Part shown: positions 60,101 to 64,000 of the stretch, piece by piece
How the letters are laid out: each line of letters opens with the position of its first letter
Numbering within the stretch: position 1 is the first letter of the stretch
NCBI GenBank assembly: GCA_964533715.1
Contig: CAZHNI010000001.1
Location: forward strand, 5,514 to 69,513
Direction: 5' to 3'
Source of the DNA: an uncultured Gammaproteobacteria bacterium
GTDB lineage: Bacteria > Patescibacteriota > Patescibacteriia > Magasanikbacterales > GWA2-37-8
DNA: 64,000 nucleotides
Program-made: the position numbers and the translations under genes
The notes under the pieces: model-generated
Databases searched by the model: none
Seen by the model: the letters and a program-made list of their open reading frames with translations, nothing else
Told to the model about the DNA's origin: nothing

Positions 60101-60233
60101 GTGCTTATAAAAGGTCGAAAATATATGCACAAAATCTTCCCACATAGTATTCACTCAACTGGTAGTGTTTGCTCCATAGGCCCGGGAAGGCCTCGTGCAG
60201 AGTTTACACTACTGGTTTAGTGAATTTTTTATT

Positions 60234-60464
60234 ATGTACGCCTTTATGAAGACCTACCGCGATTGCTTTAATTCTCATGGCATAATGTCGGGCCGAGAAA
60301 AAACTCATTACGGATTAGCAATCATGGTTACTATCCTGTTTATTTCCGCTCTTTACGGACTACGGCTCTTACAAAATTATTTAGCTTACCAAAACCTATG
60401 TCGGACACACAAACCTGCGGCCACGACGTGTCAGGTGACGATGCGCGAGTTATTGGAGATGTAG
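60234..60464 (+). CDS. Small hypothetical TM protein (phage-associated; start uncertain)
   Basis: Single hydrophobic segment. Confidence 0.4.
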   Translation: MYAFMKTYRDCFNSHGIMSGREKTHYGLAIMVTILFISALYGLRLLQNYLAYQNLCRTHKPAATTCQVTMRELLEM

Positions 60465-60569
60465 TTTGTTGCGCTGGTTGCCAAGATCGTTATTATGCCG
60501 CAAAGCAAGAAGAAGAAAATTAAAAATCCGCCTGCGTTACAGCGCGAAGCGGATTTAACCTAAAACTAT

Positions 60570-61292
60570 ATGACTACTGAATTAAGTATAGCAGACATTA
60601 AAAAAGAACTCAATGCACAGATTAAGGATCCGGAAACGCTTAAATCTTTGTTGGTTACTACCTTCAAAGGTTTAACCGCGGACACAGCCAAACAAGCCAT
60701 GTTAGAAGGGATGATGCGCGGTTTTACTTTCAAGGACTTTCTCCAGAAAAATGTTTATGCCGTGCCGTTCGGTCAATCTTACAGCCTTGTTACGTCGATT
60801 GATAATGCCAGAAGAATAGGCATGCGCAATGATGTGGTAGGCAAAACAGCCCCAATCTACGAGGAAGAGGTTATTACTACCGGCGAGAAAAAGGTAAACA
60901 AAATCGTTTCGTGCACTGTTACAGTAAAACGCAAAATTAAGGACTACATAGGTGATTTTACAGCGACGGTATTCTTTGATGAGTATAACACGGGACGCAA
61001 CCAATGGGCTTCCAAGCCGCGCACCATGATCGCTAAAGTTGCCGAGATGCACGCCCTGCGCATGGCTTGCCCGGAAGACGCCTCGCAGATGTACCTTGAG
61101 GAAGAATACGAAAAAGAAACAATCGTTGAAGAAGAGATATTTAATCTTGAGGAGCACAAATTAAAATTAGAAGCCTGTAAAAATCTTGAAGAAGTAAAAA
61201 CAGTTTGGGCCTCTTTACCGGCTAAAGCTAAAGGCGAGCTGTTTACACTCAAAGAAGAAATGAAAAAAAAATATGAAAGTCCTAAAGTTTAA
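60570..61292 (+). CDS. Phage single-strand annealing protein (Bet/RecT family)
   Basis: VFFDEY..QWASKPRTMIAKVAEMHALRMACP..MYLEEE. Confidence 0.8.
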   Translation: MTTELSIADIKKELNAQIKDPETLKSLLVTTFKGLTADTAKQAMLEGMMRGFTFKDFLQKNVYAVPFGQSYSLVTSIDNARRIGMRNDVVGKTAPIYEEEVITTGEKKVNKIVSCTVTVKRKIKDYIGDFTATVFFDEYNTGRNQWASKPRTMIAKVAEMHALRMACPEDASQMYLEEEYEKETIVEEEIFNLEEHKLKLEACKNLEEVKTVWASLPAKAKGELFTLKEEMKKKYESPKV

Positions 61293-61875
61293 TAACGAGG
61301 AAGCGTGGCTAGAAGCCCGCAAAACTAAAATAACCGGTTCGCGCCTCAAGGATATTGTCGTCAAACGCGGTACAGGGCAAAAAATAGGCTATTACGAGCT
61401 TATTGCCGAGCGTTTGGCGCTTCCACCTAACGGACAAGACCCAATGGACAGAGGGCACGAATTAGAGAAAGAAGCGATGGAGCGGTTTACTAAGGAAATG
61501 GGAAAAAAGGTTGATGGGAGTTTGGTAATTTGGACGCGAGAGGACAACGAAAGTATTGCAATTTCACCAGATGGTTTTATTGGTAAAACCGAGGCCGTTG
61601 AGGTGAAGTGTTTATCATCGGCCCGGCACATTGAAGCGTTTTTAACGCAACAGATACCAGACGAATATCACTTGCAAGTCATTCAATACTTCATCGTAAA
61701 CGACAAACTCAAAACTCTATATTTCTGTTTCTACGATCCGCGTTTATCGGTTAAAGATTTTTTCTATATCACAGTTGAGCGCGAACAAATTAAGGAAGAA
61801 GTTGATAATTATTTGGAGTATCAAAAAAAGATTCTGCAAGAGGTAAACGACATAGTGAACAAGTTGACGTTCTAA
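61273..61875 (+). CDS. YqaJ/lambda-type exonuclease
   Basis: WLEARKTKITGS, RGHELE, SPDG, EVKC, Y..QV. Confidence 0.88.
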   Translation: MKVLKFNNEEAWLEARKTKITGSRLKDIVVKRGTGQKIGYYELIAERLALPPNGQDPMDRGHELEKEAMERFTKEMGKKVDGSLVIWTREDNESIAISPDGFIGKTEAVEVKCLSSARHIEAFLTQQIPDEYHLQVIQYFIVNDKLKTLYFCFYDPRLSVKDFFYITVEREQIKEEVDNYLEYQKKILQEVNDIVNKLTF

Positions 61876-62046
61876 TTTTCTAGCTCACTCGCGCTCCTAG
61901 TTACAAATTCTGGGGGCGCGGTGAGGCGGATAAAAACCGATTATTGTTGGTGGTGCACACACCGCGTATGGTGCTTGAATAAAGCATTGTACGAAAGGCC
62001 TGTGCCACACCAAGAGGAATAGGTTTTACCATGCTTTTTTTAACCT

Positions 62047-62229
62047 ATGAAACGCCCAAAGTGGGAACAAAAACTCAATAATTTAGAGCAAAAATTCTTT
62101 TTGTCATCTAAGCAAAACCCACTCCCGACCGAGCGGGATATTTTGATTTTTTATTGGGAGAAATTGAAGCCATTACTGATTGAGTTTATACAGAGAAATT
62201 TTGTTTTGAGAAAGAAAATTAAAAAGTAA
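62047..62229 (+). CDS. Small phage hypothetical protein
   Basis: 60 aa ORF packed against the next gene. Confidence 0.5.
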   Translation: MKRPKWEQKLNNLEQKFFLSSKQNPLPTERDILIFYWEKLKPLLIEFIQRNFVLRKKIKK

Positions 62230-62233
62230 TTAT

Positions 62234-62962
62234 ATGGCAAAAAATAGAATCGTAAATACCAAATTTTGGATGGACGATTATATTTCTAACCTTGATCCGG
62301 TTGAAAAATTGCTATTTTTGTACTTTATAACTTGTCCGGCTACGGATATTTCTGGTGTATATGAAGTTCCAATTAAAACGGTGGCGACTGATACCGGAAT
62401 TGACCACCAAACTGTTACCAGAATTATTAAGCGTTTTACCCGCGACAAGAAGATTTTTTATATCCATGGATGGGTTGGAGTGGCAAATTTTGCCAAACAC
62501 CAACTTAATAATCCAAAAGTACAGGCAGGTATTAAAAATGGCTTATCTAAGGCACCAAAAGAGATTTTAGATAGACTATCATTGTCTATGGATAGTCTAT
62601 TGCACACAGACACAGACACAGACACAGACACAGACACAGACATTGAGAGAGAGCGACCACAAGCACTTGAAAAACAAATCGAACCATTTTCCGGCCAATA
62701 CGCACCCTCAATGATCGCCAAATTCATTCTTCACTGGTCGGAACAAGACAAACGCGGTCGGGAGCGCTGGCAGAAAGAAAAAACGTGGGAAATTGGTAAG
62801 CGTCTGGCGCGCTGGAAATTACAGGATGAAGAATGGAGTCATCAGCGCGATGCGCGGCAAGAGTTAAAAAAGGTCGAAGAGATGCCAACCCACCGAGAAC
62901 CGGTAGCAGAGAGAACAGACACAGGATTTTCAAAACCAGATTTTAGTAGGTTTCAAAAATAA
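62234..62962 (+). CDS. Phage replication initiator / replisome organiser
   Basis: RIVNTKFWMD..EKLLFLYFIT..SGVYE N-terminal wHTH; DT-repeat linker. Confidence 0.75.
   Translation: MAKNRIVNTKFWMDDYISNLDPVEKLLFLYFITCPATDISGVYEVPIKTVATDTGIDHQTVTRIIKRFTRDKKIFYIHGWVGVANFAKHQLNNPKVQAGIKNGLSKAPKEILDRLSLSMDSLLHTDTDTDTDTDTDIERERPQALEKQIEPFSGQYAPSMIAKFILHWSEQDKRGRERWQKEKTWEIGKRLARWKLQDEEWSHQRDARQELKKVEEMPTHREPVAERTDTGFSKPDFSRFQK
62606..62641. repeat. (ACAGAC)x6 microsatellite in the replication gene
   Basis: Perfect hexamer tandem encoding TDTDTD. Confidence 0.95.
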
Positions 62963-62963
62963 T

Positions 62964-63317
62964 ATGACCAACAAATTTCAAATTGCCTCCACGATTGAAT
63001 CAATCGCCACTCGTTCTGATAACACGATTAAAGTTGTTCTCGGTACTCAAGAGCTTGAACCCGACCAAGCAACCGCGTTATTTGCCCTAAAAGGCAAATT
63101 AGGCTGGTTTCTTTTCTCGGAAACAACATTGAATGAAGCTGACATACCAAAAGAGCCTATAAACGAATTTAAACGCGATAAAAGCCCATCACAGAGGTTA
63201 AGGGATTGCTTGTATGTGTGGTGGTCTAAAAATACTAACAAAAATAAACCGTTTGATGACGTATGGAAAGAGTGGTGTAACCGAAAATGCGAGGAAATTA
63301 AGGAGACATTAAATTAG
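62964..63317 (+). CDS. Phage hypothetical protein
   Basis: TRSD..TQEL..KSPSQRLR. Confidence 0.65.
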   Translation: MTNKFQIASTIESIATRSDNTIKVVLGTQELEPDQATALFALKGKLGWFLFSETTLNEADIPKEPINEFKRDKSPSQRLRDCLYVWWSKNTNKNKPFDDVWKEWCNRKCEEIKETLN

Positions 63318-63318
63318 T

Positions 63319-63684
63319 ATGAAAATTAAAATTTGGCCTGCCGATAAAATTTTTAGTCAAATTATTAGAAAAAGAGATAAAAAATGCGTGAGGTGTCAAT
63401 CTAAAGTTGAATTTAATTCTTCTGGTGAACCGATCAGTCATCAGTGTAGCCATTATTGGGGACGGGGAAACTGGGGGACACGATATGACCCCGAAAATTG
63501 TGACACCCTGTGTATGCCCTGTCATCGGATCTGGGGTGGCGATGACCGGCGAGTGTATGAAAATTTTAAACGCAAGCAACTAGGTGAACGTGGTTATAAT
63601 CTTTTGGAGATGAGAAAAAACGCTTATGCGAAAAGGGATTATAAATTAGCATTGATTTATGTTAAAGAGCTTTTGAAAAAATAA
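63319..63684 (+). CDS. NinG/Rap-like HNH recombination nuclease
   Basis: FSQIIRKRD..CVRC, QCSHY, TRYDPENCDTLCMPCH. Confidence 0.8.
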   Translation: MKIKIWPADKIFSQIIRKRDKKCVRCQSKVEFNSSGEPISHQCSHYWGRGNWGTRYDPENCDTLCMPCHRIWGGDDRRVYENFKRKQLGERGYNLLEMRKNAYAKRDYKLALIYVKELLKK

Positions 63685-63688
63685 ATAT

Positions 63689-63937
63689 ATGCCCTCAGGC
63701 TATATTGAAAAACCAACACAAGAAAAACGAGTATTAGAAATTTTACGTGCCGCTCACGGGCAACCGGTAGACGGAATGGTTTTTTATAACCTAGAGCGGC
63801 CAATCACGCAGTACCATGCCAGAATATGGAGCTTGCAGAAAAAGGGTTTTAAAATTGAGCCGGTTGAGTTGGAAGGCAAAAATTGGAAGGCGTACAAACT
63901 GATTGAGGAACCAGTACAAACAAAATTGTTTAATTAA
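63689..63937 (+). CDS. Winged HTH phage protein
   Basis: QEKRVLEIL..QYHARIWSLQKKGFKI. Confidence 0.65.
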   Translation: MPSGYIEKPTQEKRVLEILRAAHGQPVDGMVFYNLERPITQYHARIWSLQKKGFKIEPVELEGKNWKAYKLIEEPVQTKLFN

Positions 63938-63956
63938 CCCTTAATTAGATTGAGGT

Positions 63957-64000
63957 ATGGAGAAAATAATTTTAGATTTGTGTGGCGGTACAGGGTCGTG
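63957..64000 (+). CDS. Probable DNA methyltransferase, N-terminus only
   Basis: GAGGT RBS; MEKIILDLCGGTGS SAM-binding motif I; truncated by window end. Confidence 0.6.
   Translation, partial: MEKIILDLCGGTGS

Larger units (their letters stand above)
60100..64000 (+). mobile_element. Prophage-like region (recombination/replication module), continues beyond the window
   Basis: Bet/RecT, YqaJ exonuclease, replication initiator, NinG-like, HTH and methyltransferase genes in series; left boundary approximate. Confidence 0.8.

Noticed and set aside
59949-60230. tracrRNA, SRP or tmRNA identity for the junction hairpins
   Set aside because: No anti-repeat or cas9; the SRP CAGG..GGAAGCAG core and tmRNA termini are not matched; kept only as unclassified structure.

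Overview
AT-rich bacterial chromosome segment with an almost uniformly + strand housekeeping gene set: pilT, cca, MacAB-like ABC exporter, dnaG-rpoD, murG, murE, proS, metG, full atp operon, rlmN, UvrD-nuclease fusion, mreBCD-mrdA, greA, lysS, serS, alr. Gene content, mostly Shine-Dalgarno-less starts and an LLGAGC lipoprotein point to a Patescibacteria/CPR (Parcubacteria/ABY1-like) genome using code 11 (inference). Three tRNAs (Pro, Lys, Gly) each border an insertion or foreign DNA. The most striking signal is a hierarchy of small palindromic elements. A TGTCAT...ATGACA family (13 full or partial copies, 26.1-47.2 kb) sits in frame inside atpG, rlmN, tatD, a nucleotidyltransferase and four times inside one helicase-nuclease. 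Some copies carry smaller nested palindromes (CCTG...CAGG), and a second family (CCCC...GGGG) adds a fifth insert to the helicase. Also present: a 190-bp mini-element integrated in tRNA-Lys, a GC-rich myxobacterium-style secreted HEXXH protein behind an AT-rich native-looking promoter, a translin-family gene, a type II glutamine synthetase, and from about 60.1 kb a phage recombination/replication module with no integrase at its visible junction. All calls come from reading motifs by eye; no searches were run.
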